DNA from: Candidatus Thorarchaeota archaeon
GTDB taxonomy: Archaea; Asgardarchaeota; Thorarchaeia; Thorarchaeales; Thorarchaeaceae
Direction: 5' to 3'
DNA length: 64,000 bases
Assembly (NCBI GenBank): GCA_046482545.1
Contig: JAWOEX010000010.1
Coordinates: forward strand, 79,849 to 143,848
Below are positions 46,636 through 56,939 of this stretch, in pieces. The number at the start of each line of letters is the position of its first letter. Positions within the stretch are counted from its first letter, which is position 1. A program made the translations under genes and the position numbers. The notes beneath the pieces are model-generated. The model saw only the letters and a program-made list of their open reading frames with translations, did no database searches and was not told the DNA's origin.

Positions 46636-46943
46636 CGCTATTCCGGGTTTTTTGGATTTGTCCTTTTACGGTTTTCGGCCAACGCTCTGAAGCGGCAATC
46701 TAACTTCAATCGCGGTAAGTTGTGGTACTAAATGCAGCAGAATAACCATCATTCGTTCGATCCTAAAATGAGCTGAACCTGTTTTGCAAATGATCAAAAA
46801 AAGCTTCGAACCATAAAGAATAAGTAAAGCACGTACACGACAACTAAAGACAGCCATCCCATGCTTCAAGAAGAACATATTTAAGAAGTCGAAAGTCCCC
46901 CCAACTCGATACGCATAGGGATGTTCCGCCGGAGCGCGACAAT

Positions 46944-47933
46944 ATGACTTTGTTAGATGTCCGTAATCTACGCATGTATTACCAGACACAAACGGGCTTA
47001 GTTAAGGCCGTTGATAATGTCTCGATGGAGTTAGATTCTGGTGAGTCGTTGGGACTTGCAGGAGAAAGTGGCTGTGGCAAAAGCAGCTTGGCTTATTCCA
47101 TTATGCAACTCCTTCCGCCAGCAGCGAACATTGTCGGTGGGAATGTCTACTTCAAAGGCAGTGATTTGCTCAGAAAGTCTGCACAGGAAATGAGGGATAT
47201 CCGTTGGAAGAACGTAGCAATCGTGTTCCAAGGAGCAATGAATGCCCTTAATCCGGTATTTGAAATTGGTGAGCAGATAGCCGAGGCTATTCTGATGCAC
47301 GAAAACGTTACCGAGGAAGAGGCCCTCGATAGATGTGCCAAGCTCTTTGAAATGGTTGGTCTTGATCCTGGAAGAATCCACAACTACCCTCACGAATTTT
47401 CTGGAGGTATGAGACAAAGAGCAATGATTGCAATGGCGTTGGCCTGTAACCCAGACTTGGTTATTGCTGATGAGCCGACAACTGCTCTCGATGTCACGAT
47501 CCAGGCTCAAATCCTGACACTTATGCAAAAGCTACAGAAGGACCTTGGACTCTCCCTGATACTCATCACTCACGACCTCAGCGTCATTGCGGAGACATGT
47601 GATAAAACAGCAATCATGTACGCAGGGAGACTCGCGGAGTTGGCTGATGTTGTCTCAGTCTATAAGGATCCCATCCATCCATACACGACGGGATTGGTTG
47701 GAGCAATTCCAAGCATGGTAAAGGCTGAGAAAAAGAAGCTAACCTCGATTCCAGGGATACCCCCTGACCTTGTTAATCCGCCCACCGGTTGCCGTTTTCA
47801 TCCACGGTGTCCTTATGCTCAGGATATCTGCACGCGAGAAGAACCGACATTTGATGAAATCGAACCTGGTAGATTCGTACATTGTCACTTTGCTGAGCAG
47901 CTCAAAGGTGAACTCAAACTAGATCTTGATTAG
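46944..47933 (+). CDS. oppD: ABC transporter ATP-binding protein (OppD/DppD type)
   Basis: Walker [10 protein letters not shown], signature LSGGMRQR and the C-terminal Opp-type Cys tail. Confidence 0.95.
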   Translation: MTLLDVRNLRMYYQTQTGLVKAVDNVSMELDSGESLGLAGESGCGKSSLAYSIMQLLPPAANIVGGNVYFKGSDLLRKSAQEMRDIRWKNVAIVFQGAMNALNPVFEIGEQIAEAILMHENVTEEEALDRCAKLFEMVGLDPGRIHNYPHEFSGGMRQRAMIAMALACNPDLVIADEPTTALDVTIQAQILTLMQKLQKDLGLSLILITHDLSVIAETCDKTAIMYAGRLAELADVVSVYKDPIHPYTTGLVGAIPSMVKAEKKKLTSIPGIPPDLVNPPTGCRFHPRCPYAQDICTREEPTFDEIEPGRFVHCHFAEQLKGELKLDLD

Positions 47934-47946
47934 GAAGGGTTGATGA

Positions 47947-48993
47947 ATGTCTATTGAACAACTCCAAGCAGAAGTCGAAACCGAAGAAGTCAAGAGAGGC
48001 GAACCATTAATAGAAGTCCGCAACATGAAGAAATGGTTCCCGGTCAATACGGGCTTTCTATCGTCACTCCTTTACAAACAAGAGCTCTTCGTGAAGGCAG
48101 TGGACGGTGTCACTTTTGACATCAACAAAGGTGAGGTCCTGGTCTTAGCAGGGGAATCCGGGTGTGGAAAAACAACAGCGGGTAGGACAATACTGTACTT
48201 AGACGAACCCACCGATGGCGAAATATTCTATGCAGGTCAGAGACTCTCGACCTTGGATAGGAACGAGATGAAAGAGCTTAGGAAGCAAATGCAAATCACA
48301 TTTCAAGACCCTTATGAAGCTCTCAATCCAAAGCAGAATGTATTCAGCATAGTCAATGAACCGCTTTCGGTACACAAGATTCCATTATCACAAAGCGAAA
48401 AAAGAGAGCGGGTGCTTGAAGCACTTGAAAGCGTCGCCATGACACCAGCCGTGGACTTCATAGACAGGTTCCCACACGAATTGTCCGGTGGACAGCGGCA
48501 GCGTGTCTCGGTTGCAAGAGCACTGATTCTGCATCCAGATTTCATGGTTGCAGACGAGCCGGTATCTATGCTTGACGTATCCATTCGTGCAGAAATCCTC
48601 AATCTCCTTCTCAACCTGAGAGAAGAAATGGGTCTCACATACCTATTCATCACCCATGACCTTGCTGTCGCAACATACATTGCAGATAGGATTGCAATCA
48701 TGTACCTTGGAAAAATCATGGAGATAGGCCCTGCTCATGATGTAGCCTTTGACCCAATACATCCGTACACCAAGGCCCTTATATCCGCAGTTCCAACAGG
48801 CGATCCAACGGTTAAGAAACGGACTGAATCTTTGAAGGGTGAACCTCCAAGTCCAATCAATGTTCCATCAGGATGCAGATTTCATCCACGGTGTCCTTAC
48901 GCTCGAGAGATTTGTACCAAGGAAATTCCCGAAGAAAGAGAGATGGATGAAGATCATTACGTAGCCTGTCATTTTGCAGGAGAGCTTTGGTAG
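47947..48993 (+). CDS. oppF: ABC transporter ATP-binding protein (OppF/DppF type)
   Basis: Walker [10 protein letters not shown], signature LSGGQRQR, and [10 protein letters not shown] tail. Confidence 0.95.
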   Translation: MSIEQLQAEVETEEVKRGEPLIEVRNMKKWFPVNTGFLSSLLYKQELFVKAVDGVTFDINKGEVLVLAGESGCGKTTAGRTILYLDEPTDGEIFYAGQRLSTLDRNEMKELRKQMQITFQDPYEALNPKQNVFSIVNEPLSVHKIPLSQSEKRERVLEALESVAMTPAVDFIDRFPHELSGGQRQRVSVARALILHPDFMVADEPVSMLDVSIRAEILNLLLNLREEMGLTYLFITHDLAVATYIADRIAIMYLGKIMEIGPAHDVAFDPIHPYTKALISAVPTGDPTVKKRTESLKGEPPSPINVPSGCRFHPRCPYAREICTKEIPEEREMDEDHYVACHFAGELW

Positions 48994-49071
48994 GCAAATC
49001 AAGCTCCTGACCAGTCCAAGAAGAAGCCCTTGCTGCCCCAGGTAGTAAGGGGCAAAGGGAGAGTGTTGCCA

Positions 49072-49509
49072 ATGTCGGATGATTTACCACAAAAAAACAT
49101 TCTCCGAGCTATCAAGAAATGTCTTTCTGATACCTATGCTCATTTTCAAGAAGCAATGGATATCCTTGATGAGATTGGGAGGGGTTCGCTTGGCGCTAGT
49201 GTGACACCAATTGTTGGGGGATACGCCATGAAGGATCCCAAGGAGAGGTACAGGAAGGCACTCATCGAAGTTGATGCTGGAGAAAAGAGTCTGCAGCCGC
49301 TTGCAAAACGTTTCCATGAAGGGATTGTTAATTCAACCCATTTCGAAGACGAGACGGCATTGGTTTTGCTCAAGGATATTGTGGATTACGATTACGATAT
49401 TCTTATCCGAAAGCTAGCTGAGCGGAGGAGTAGAGAAAGCGTATGGTACAGGCTTGACGAGATGAGCAAGAAAATACGCCAGCTCTTTGAGGAAGTAAGT
49501 GACCAATGA
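49072..49509 (+). CDS. Hypothetical protein
   Basis: ORF only. Alpha-helical, charged. Confidence 0.45.
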   Translation: MSDDLPQKNILRAIKKCLSDTYAHFQEAMDILDEIGRGSLGASVTPIVGGYAMKDPKERYRKALIEVDAGEKSLQPLAKRFHEGIVNSTHFEDETALVLLKDIVDYDYDILIRKLAERRSRESVWYRLDEMSKKIRQLFEEVSDQ

Positions 49510-49759
49510 ATACTGTTTTAGAAACGTGCCGGTTGCCATAGTTCGAGTTTGGTTACAGTTTTTTCGTTAATAATTCATCGAAGGGAACTTCGACATTTCA
49601 CTTCATCAATGGCAAAGCTATAATAGGGTAAATTCAGCCGGTTTTGAGTAACAAGAAGCATCTTACTATGAAATGATATATGCTGATAGAATAACTCACA
49701 CTTGGTTGTCACAAGAATTGCAATGAATGCGCATCTTTGATGCATGGACGTGAAAATGG

Positions 49760-50668
49760 ATGTTTGAACTATTAACGCAGCCTGTAGTTTCGGGTCTATT
49801 ACTCATGGGTTTCATTGGTCCCTTAAGTTACAAGTTGGGTTTTGTTGATGTTTCTGGTTTGATCAGCGCATTTGTTGTTGGATTTACTGTCTGGTATACA
49901 GGCGGTCCAGCTGCGTTTACTGTCCTCCTATTCTTCTTTGTCAGTGCCGGATTCGCTACCAAGTTCAAATACAAGGCAAAGGCAAAGAAGGGGATAGCGC
50001 AAGAATCGAAAGGGAAACGTTCGTACAGAAATGTGTTGGCAAGCGGCATCATCCCCATGTTCTTCTCTATTGGAATGTACCTTTCACCTATGTTAGGAAT
50101 CAACCCGTATTGGATGCTTGGAGGCTTTGTTGGTGCAGTTGGGACAACGTCTGCTGATACTCTTGCGAGCGAAATAGGAGTGTTCAGTACTCGGAAACCC
50201 AGACTCATTACCAATCTCAGGCGCAAAGTTCCAAGTGGGACAATCGGAGCTGTCTCATTACTCGGAGAAGCTGTAGCAGCTTTCGCAGGTCTTGCTATTG
50301 GCATAATAGTAGCTCTTTTTGCAATTATCACCCCTGGTTCCGTCCCTGTTTCAGGGGTGTTCGAATTAGTTTTGGTCATTCCTCTTGCGGTTCTTACGGC
50401 TTTTATCGGATGTAATCTGGACAGTTTCATTGGCGCCGTTGTTCAGGACAAATACGTCTGTGAAATCTGTGGAGCGATAACGGACAAGCAATTCCATTGC
50501 GACTACGAGACCAAACATATTGGAGGGATCAAGCAGTTTAGTAATATCCATGTCAATCTTGGCTCGTCTGGCATGGGTGCAACCCTAGGTATTGTTCTAG
50601 GAGCGGGACTGTTCATATGGATTCTCGGCGGGCTCTTCTTCTGGATTCTTGCATCCTCAAGTAATTAG
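49760..50668 (+). CDS. DUF92/TMEM19-family integral membrane protein with C-terminal CxxC...C zinc-finger-like tail
   Basis: GGPAAFTVLLFFFVSAGFATKFKYKAK...RSYRNVLASG matches the DUF92 core. CEICGAITDKQFHCDY near the C-terminus. Confidence 0.55.
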   Translation: MFELLTQPVVSGLLLMGFIGPLSYKLGFVDVSGLISAFVVGFTVWYTGGPAAFTVLLFFFVSAGFATKFKYKAKAKKGIAQESKGKRSYRNVLASGIIPMFFSIGMYLSPMLGINPYWMLGGFVGAVGTTSADTLASEIGVFSTRKPRLITNLRRKVPSGTIGAVSLLGEAVAAFAGLAIGIIVALFAIITPGSVPVSGVFELVLVIPLAVLTAFIGCNLDSFIGAVVQDKYVCEICGAITDKQFHCDYETKHIGGIKQFSNIHVNLGSSGMGATLGIVLGAGLFIWILGGLFFWILASSSN

Positions 50669-50822
50669 GTGCTTCTCATCACTCCATATACTTTGCATTT
50701 TCGATAAGCTATTCTCGCCAAGAAAATCCGGACTTTCAGGCCTGACACAACACTTAACGGTATCAGGATGCAAGAATTGGATTGATTCAGTTATCGGTAT
50801 TGCTGAAAGAAGGAAAGAACCA

Positions 50823-51593
50823 ATGGCACATACGAAAACATACGAATGGGCACTCACAGGCATCTTTGCGGCCTTTCAGCTTGTTCTCTCGATGGTTCCA
50901 CTCTATCTCTTAGGAATGGGAGGGGGCTTCATTTCATGGGGTCTTGTCTCTGCACCAATTATCGGGTTTTTACTCGGTCCGTTCTATGGACTGCTTGCCG
51001 TCATGATTGGTTCTATTCTTGGGACCTTGTTTTTTAACATCGGAGGTATTCTGGGGCCCATAATCCCAATCTTCGCACCAATGGCTAGTGCCTTAGTGGC
51101 AGGAAGTATCCGTTTCAAAAGATATCATGTTGTCACTGGTGTCTTCATTCTGGGCCTAGCAATATACCTCCTCGGTCCGATAGGTCTTGTCACAGCACCA
51201 TATCTCTGGCTTCACACAATCGCTGCATTTTTGTCAATTTTAGTGCTCACCCCGGTGATTTCGCATAAATTTGACAGGATACTCGAACCTACCGAATGTG
51301 GAACCAAAGGCAAATCCTCTGTGTTCGTGTGGTTAACGGGTTTCTTGGCCCTGATGGCAGATCACCTCGTTGGAGCCACTATGTCTCAATACTACTTCAT
51401 CTACGTGTTGGAAATGGAAACAAACCCTCTTGCCGCGTCTTACTTGGCTACCATTTTCATCTATCCAATCGAGAGAATCTTGGCATCCATCATCGTTGGA
51501 TTTGTGCTCATTCTTCTCAGAGTTGGCATCTCATACGGTAGCATTCCCCTGCCGGAAATCCTAGGGAACAATGGCACTCAGATTGACTGCTAG
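50823..51593 (+). CDS. Polytopic membrane protein (hypothetical; ECF-S-component-like topology)
   Basis: 6-7 TM helices. The start is placed at the internal Met after an RBS-like GAAGGAAAG. Confidence 0.45.
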   Translation: MAHTKTYEWALTGIFAAFQLVLSMVPLYLLGMGGGFISWGLVSAPIIGFLLGPFYGLLAVMIGSILGTLFFNIGGILGPIIPIFAPMASALVAGSIRFKRYHVVTGVFILGLAIYLLGPIGLVTAPYLWLHTIAAFLSILVLTPVISHKFDRILEPTECGTKGKSSVFVWLTGFLALMADHLVGATMSQYYFIYVLEMETNPLAASYLATIFIYPIERILASIIVGFVLILLRVGISYGSIPLPEILGNNGTQIDC

Positions 51594-51653
51594 TTGCAAA
51601 GGCGTAAGGCATTACTGGAGCAACGCCTAGACCTATTTGGTAGTTCAACAGAT

Positions 51654-52508
51654 TCACAAGTTCTGTCCGCCGATTTCGTCCTTCTTTCTCAAGTTCAGAA
51701 TTAACCACATTACTACTAAGCCAATAAGAAAAGCCGGAATGGTGGTAAGACCCCACTCAATCTGAAGAATTGCTGGATTTTCAACCGGTTCTGCAGGAAA
51801 GACCGGGAAGGCAATATATGCAATCATATTCCATGCGAAATGAAATCCTGCTGGTGCCCATAATCGTTTTCCCGACAGGAAGAATCCGAGACTCAAAACA
51901 ACGCCACCGAGGAACAGGTTGAAAGTGAACAACAGCGTAAGATGCAAAGGTATACTTCCTAGCGGTGTCCACCAGCTATAATGAAGCAAAGAAAACGCGA
52001 TGGAACTCAGAATGATTCCAAATCGCTTGCCTCCGCCAAGCTTGGAAGCTCTGGTGAGGAGGTAGCCGCGGTAGACCAATTCTTCCACGTAAGATACGAG
52101 CACCGTGACAACTGCATTGCCCGTCACCAGAGCAAGGGTAATTTCCGATAGGGAGCGTAAATCCCCCCCGAACAGGAGAGCAAGAAGAACTGTTAGACCT
52201 GAACCTACGATTCCCCCGGTAAGACCCACCATCAGACCATGAGCAGTTTCATCGTCTATGTCCCCACCAAGGTCACCTATGGATGTGTTACTCTCCCATC
52301 GCAAGAATATAAGAACCGTAGCGTACATCAGCGGATATACAAGCAAGGAGAGAAGTGATGCAACCATCTGTCCACTCTCGGTGCCTACAATGAGCCGACT
52401 AGCCGCATTTGGCAGTTCAATCAGGACAAACATCACGGTGATAAACAGAACTACCTGCAGCGTTCTCTGTAGTTGCTCTTGTTTCAAAGACAGACCCGGC
52501 GAGAGCAA
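51654..52508 (-). CDS. CPBP-family (CAAX/Abi) intramembrane metalloprotease
   Basis: EELVYRGYLL and FSLLHY motifs. Confidence 0.8.
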   Translation of the reverse strand: MLSPGLSLKQEQLQRTLQVVLFITVMFVLIELPNAASRLIVGTESGQMVASLLSLLVYPLMYATVLIFLRWESNTSIGDLGGDIDDETAHGLMVGLTGGIVGSGLTVLLALLFGGDLRSLSEITLALVTGNAVVTVLVSYVEELVYRGYLLTRASKLGGGKRFGIILSSIAFSLLHYSWWTPLGSIPLHLTLLFTFNLFLGGVVLSLGFFLSGKRLWAPAGFHFAWNMIAYIAFPVFPAEPVENPAILQIEWGLTTIPAFLIGLVVMWLILNLRKKDEIGGQNL

Positions 52509-52728
52509 TACAAAGCCATCCTAAATCTGTTTTCCAATACCTCTCTTAGTGGAGTGACAACCAATAGACAGGAAATGGAAATAGGAACTATATTTATCAA
52601 TAATGTTGAAACTATAATAAGTAAGCAAAATAGTGACAAACAAAATACAATCATAAGGCCCGATACAAACATAAGGTCGAGCCATGAATTCAACACAAGG
52701 AGTTACGCATTGCTGTTGAAAGCCCGAG

Positions 52729-54108
52729 GTGAGGAGAACCTTGAATACAAGAAGCCTTCTACTAGAGTTCAAAATTGAAGAAGTCGGAAGGCAGGCACGC
52801 AAAGATGCTTCCGTCAGAGAAGACTTGCTGCGCGCATTTGAGGATTCATCCGAAATTGTTAGAGAAAGGGCATTACTTGCAGCCATCGAGCTGACCGACC
52901 CTGCCATCGTCAAGGAAGCAAAGAATCTTCTTGATGATGAGAACGAGGATGTAAAGATAGCAGCAGCTCAAGTTCTGGCTTGGTACCATCAGCCTCGGAC
53001 AATTCCGAATTTGCTGGAAGGTCTCAAGGATTCGAGTACGTGGGTACGATCGCATTGCGCCAAAGGCCTTTCCAAACTACTTCCTGGACCTATTTGGGCG
53101 AGGGTTGAAAAAGATCGAATTGATACTTTGCTTGCTGATTTCCCGGACATGAGCGAAGAAGAAATCAGGATGTTTCTTACGGAAATTGGACTTACTTCTC
53201 TGGCAATTGAAGATTATCTCAGATGGCGAGATGAAGATTTCGATATTGATATCGATTTGAGCTCCTTTATCGATGAACTGGAAGGAAAACCAATTATCTT
53301 GGAAGGAGTCTCTGATGTTGAGGCAGAAATTGAGGCCAAAGGGCTTGCACCTGCTGAAACAAGAGAAGGCATCTCTAAGGAAGTCGCTAAGATAATTGAC
53401 GAGCTACCCACTCATGTGCGAGAATCACTTCCCATAGAGGAATTGAGGAGACTAACACCCGAAACTGCGAGAGAATTGGTTGACTCATTGAAATCAAAAG
53501 TGCCGGCCGAAGAAGAACTCGAAGCTGAAACCAAGGTGAGCCTTGATGATATTCAAGGAGTCGGACCTAATATCAACGCGGGGCTCAGAGATGCAGGATA
53601 CGTTTCAGTCGAAGACCTTGCACAAGCAGACCCCAAGGCGGTTTCTGAAGAAGTCAATGGCATCAGTGAAGAAAGCGCTAAGGATATAATTTCAGCAGCA
53701 AAATCAAATCTTCCACCTCCAAAGAAGAAAAGGGTTCGGCGTGTCAGGAAGGTCAAAACGGTTAGAAGCAAAAAGAAACGGGAAGCACTTCTTGAGCGCA
53801 TACCAGCAGAAGTACGGGAAGCAATGGAACCGGAAGAACTGGAAAAACTCTCTGCTGATGAATTAGAAGCCATTGCCCTTTCAACTTCAGGAATAACTGA
53901 GGAACCAGCTCAGATTACTACAGACGATGAAAATACAATCAGCAGTGAAGAGGATACATCCAGACTGGAAGAGTTGACAAACAAATATGGAAAGGAGAAA
54001 GCAGATCTTCTGGCTCTTATTCCAGCTGAGATGCTTGCCGATATTCCTGAAGATCAAATAGAGGAAATGGATCTTGAGACGATTCGAAGCCTAACACAAG
54101 CACTTTAG
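52729..54108 (+). CDS. HEAT-repeat protein with a helix-hairpin-helix motif, K/R-rich segment and acidic C-terminus (hypothetical)
   Basis: PBS-lyase-type HEAT repeats (EIVRERALLAAIEL, EDVKIAAAQVLAWY, TWVRSHCAKGLS). HhH GVGPNINAGLRDAGYVSVEDL. PPPKKKRVRRVRKVKTVRSKKKR. Confidence 0.55.
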   Translation: MRRTLNTRSLLLEFKIEEVGRQARKDASVREDLLRAFEDSSEIVRERALLAAIELTDPAIVKEAKNLLDDENEDVKIAAAQVLAWYHQPRTIPNLLEGLKDSSTWVRSHCAKGLSKLLPGPIWARVEKDRIDTLLADFPDMSEEEIRMFLTEIGLTSLAIEDYLRWRDEDFDIDIDLSSFIDELEGKPIILEGVSDVEAEIEAKGLAPAETREGISKEVAKIIDELPTHVRESLPIEELRRLTPETARELVDSLKSKVPAEEELEAETKVSLDDIQGVGPNINAGLRDAGYVSVEDLAQADPKAVSEEVNGISEESAKDIISAAKSNLPPPKKKRVRRVRKVKTVRSKKKREALLERIPAEVREAMEPEELEKLSADELEAIALSTSGITEEPAQITTDDENTISSEEDTSRLEELTNKYGKEKADLLALIPAEMLADIPEDQIEEMDLETIRSLTQAL

Positions 54109-54254
54109 GTACTTATGAATAGCTAACGCAAAGTACTTCTAAGATAAGACATACATTGCGTAAGCAATACTATTTTAGGTGAATCTGATGTATTTGGGAA
54201 GTGAATCGGAGCACTTTCTGAAATACTATTTCACATATCCAGTTGGTGTTAGAT

Positions 54255-54638
54255 ATGAGCGAGAGCGAAACTCAGATTGCTATCGAGTTCGAAGACGGGA
54301 CGACACTCAACGGCATACTCGATAGGGTAAGAGGGCCTATGATTACCGAGGAAATCATCTCACGTCTCCCAATCCAAACGAGAGCTGCGATGATTAGAGG
54401 GGAAATGAGAATGAATCTGGATATCGGTAAGGGAAATATCAAACCAACGAAGGAAGTAGCACGGGGAGACATTGCATATATGCCACTGGGGGATTCACTT
54501 GTGATTTATCTTGAGGACTCCAGAACATTCAGCAAGGTTAATGTAATTGGCACCATAGAACCCAGCAGTCACAACAAATTGGATAAGCTAAGAGAGATAA
54601 GAAGGGGGAGTCAGGTTGTCTTAAGAACCCCTTCTTAG
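54255..54638 (+). CDS. Cyclophilin-like-fold small protein (PF04126-like; hypothetical)
   Basis: GDIAYMPLGDSLVIYLEDSR...KVNVIG pattern. Confidence 0.4.
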   Translation: MSESETQIAIEFEDGTTLNGILDRVRGPMITEEIISRLPIQTRAAMIRGEMRMNLDIGKGNIKPTKEVARGDIAYMPLGDSLVIYLEDSRTFSKVNVIGTIEPSSHNKLDKLREIRRGSQVVLRTPS

Positions 54639-55186
54639 AGCCTTTGGATATTCCGAAGAAGTGTTTCATTCTTATCAATTTGTTTTTCAGAAGGATCTAC
54701 AACGAAGCCAGATTCGTGGCATTCAATCATGACTTCCACGCCTGAGTCCTTCACAGCCTTGAATCCACTGTTAGACAAAGGTCTAACTCTCAGCTGTTTT
54801 GTATCGAACTCTATTCTGTCATGAGCCTGTTGAATCTCGGCATCCTTTCGGATCTTCGACTTTGCGATACGGAGCTGTTGTTTGAGCTGGGCAACCTCTA
54901 CTTGAAGCTCCTTCTTTTGCTTCGTCACCTTCTCCAATTCTTCTTTTGTTGCCTCATATTTGTCTTTTTCAACAAACCGATCTGATTCATCAACCCAGGT
55001 TATCGTAGTTCCATCAAACCGCCGATTGGTCTCCACCTTGCCCATCGCTTTCAGAATAGCGATGACATCATATATTCTCCTCTTGGGAGTCTCCAATCGT
55101 TCGGCAAGTTGGTCACTACGTATACCATCTTCGCCTTCTTCTTTTATTACATCAATACTGCGTTCTGCAATTTCCACTAGTTTCAC
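54635..55186 (-). CDS. Winged-helix (KRRIYD-type, E2F/DP-like or TrmB-like) DNA-binding protein with coiled-coil and C-terminal domain
   Basis: SDQLAERLETPKRRIYDVIAILKAMGKVETNRRFDGTTITWVD followed by a K/E/Q heptad region. Confidence 0.6.
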   Translation of the reverse strand: MKLVEIAERSIDVIKEEGEDGIRSDQLAERLETPKRRIYDVIAILKAMGKVETNRRFDGTTITWVDESDRFVEKDKYEATKEELEKVTKQKKELQVEVAQLKQQLRIAKSKIRKDAEIQQAHDRIEFDTKQLRVRPLSNSGFKAVKDSGVEVMIECHESGFVVDPSEKQIDKNETLLRNIQRL

Positions 55187-55454
55187 ATGTGCACCCCAAG
55201 CGGACAGAGTATTACCAAGGCAATATCTCCGGTTTTAACACCTAGCGAGATATTTAATGGTTTGTATTCTTATTGTGATTTTTCGACCCTCTAAATGTTT
55301 GTTCCATAAAAAGAACAACTGTTATAGGTTTTCGATAAATCGAAATAAATCTACCTATAACACTCGGTACAATCACCTTTTGCTATATCGAAGCTTATTA
55401 ATGGATGCCCGGATGACTATGATTTAGTTTTCCACACCCGTACGGTGGTTTCCA

Positions 55455-56795
55455 ATGAGTAAAGAGAAAATCAAAGTAATTATTATGGGTGCGGCTGGAC
55501 GTGATTTTCATAATTTTAACTCCTTCTTCAGAGGAGATTCTCGCTATGAAGTAGTCGCGTTCACTGCACAGCAGATTCCAGGAATCGGAGATAGGGAATA
55601 CCCACCCGAGCTTTCAGGCGACTTGTATCCGGATGGTATCAAAATATACCCCGAAGAAAAGCTACCTGAACTGGTTGAGAAATTCGACGTTGACCAATGC
55701 ATTCTAGCATACAGCGACCTTTCTTACGACTACGTAGGCCACAAAATAGCTTGGGTCAACTCTCTAGGTCCAGATATCCGCTTTATGGGACCAGAACTTA
55801 CGATGTATGAAAGTGAGAAGCCAGTGGTCGCAGTCTGTGCTGTTAGAACCGGATCCGGTAAGAGCCAGACATCAAGGCGTGTAAATCAGATATTCGTCGA
55901 CATGGGATTGACACCTATCAACATCCGTCATCCTATGCCATACGATCCGGACTTGACCATGCAGATTGCTCAGCGATATGAGAAGCTTGAGGACATGGAC
56001 AAATATCGATGCACCATTGAGGAGCGCGAAGAATATGAGCCCATTATCAATATGGGTGTCACTTTGTATGCAGGTGTTGACTATGAAAAGATTCTTCGTC
56101 AGGCGGAAGACGAAGACCCTGACGTAATAACTTGGGATGGTGGCAATAACGACTTCCCATTCTACAAGCCTGACCTCCTTATAGTCCTGACAGATCCGCA
56201 CAGACCAGGCCATGAAATTTCCTACTATCCAGGAGAGACTAACCTCAAGATGGCTGATGTCGTAATCATCAATAAGGTAGAGACTGCAGACTACGAGGAT
56301 GTTCAGACGGTTAGGGAAAACATCATGAAGGCAAACCCAGATGCCACGATAATCGAAGCGGCCTCACCAATATCTGTCGAAGAACCAAGCAAAATCAAAG
56401 GTAAGCGAGTTATCGTTGTCGAGGATGGACCAACAGTCACTCACGGCAATATGCCTTATGGTGCAGGTTACGTTGCAGCACGAAGATTCGGTGCAGAAAT
56501 AGTTGATCCAAGACCATTTGCGGTTGGAAGCATAAAAGACACCTTCGAGAAATACACACATCTTGAGAATGTCCTACCAGCCATGGGTTATGGCGAGGAA
56601 CAAATGAAAGAACTGCAAAAGACTATTGAGAAGGCTGATGTGGATGCCGTCGTTGTAGGGACACCAATCGACCTAGCGAGGCTCATCGACATCGACAAGC
56701 CCAATACACGGGTCAGATACGACCTCCAGGAAATTGGCAAGCCTGACCTCGAGGACATCCTTGCTGAGTTTGTCGAAAAACAAGGTATCAAGTAG
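55455..56795 (+). CDS. Cyclic 2,3-diphosphoglycerate synthetase-like protein (Rossmann-like N-terminus plus P-loop-like domain)
   Basis: IIMGAAGRDFHNFN N-terminus and VRTGSGKSQTS P-loop-like segment. Family assignment is from memory of the cDPGS family and is tentative. Confidence 0.5.
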   Translation: MSKEKIKVIIMGAAGRDFHNFNSFFRGDSRYEVVAFTAQQIPGIGDREYPPELSGDLYPDGIKIYPEEKLPELVEKFDVDQCILAYSDLSYDYVGHKIAWVNSLGPDIRFMGPELTMYESEKPVVAVCAVRTGSGKSQTSRRVNQIFVDMGLTPINIRHPMPYDPDLTMQIAQRYEKLEDMDKYRCTIEEREEYEPIINMGVTLYAGVDYEKILRQAEDEDPDVITWDGGNNDFPFYKPDLLIVLTDPHRPGHEISYYPGETNLKMADVVIINKVETADYEDVQTVRENIMKANPDATIIEAASPISVEEPSKIKGKRVIVVEDGPTVTHGNMPYGAGYVAARRFGAEIVDPRPFAVGSIKDTFEKYTHLENVLPAMGYGEEQMKELQKTIEKADVDAVVVGTPIDLARLIDIDKPNTRVRYDLQEIGKPDLEDILAEFVEKQGIK

Positions 56796-56939
56796 TGCTA
56801 CTACGAGTGAACATGAGAACAGGTAAATCCTGTTTTCTTGTTCCCTGTTCTCTTTTTTTAGTATCTAATGTAATGCACACAAGATACCCTTTTAGATGGT
56901 GACTTCATCGACAGCATAGACCTACACGAGGAAGCTACA

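Noticed and set aside
46666-46989. 107-aa minus ORF between the small membrane gene and oppD
   Set aside because: It overlaps the oppD start region and has no motif. It is likely a promoter spacer.
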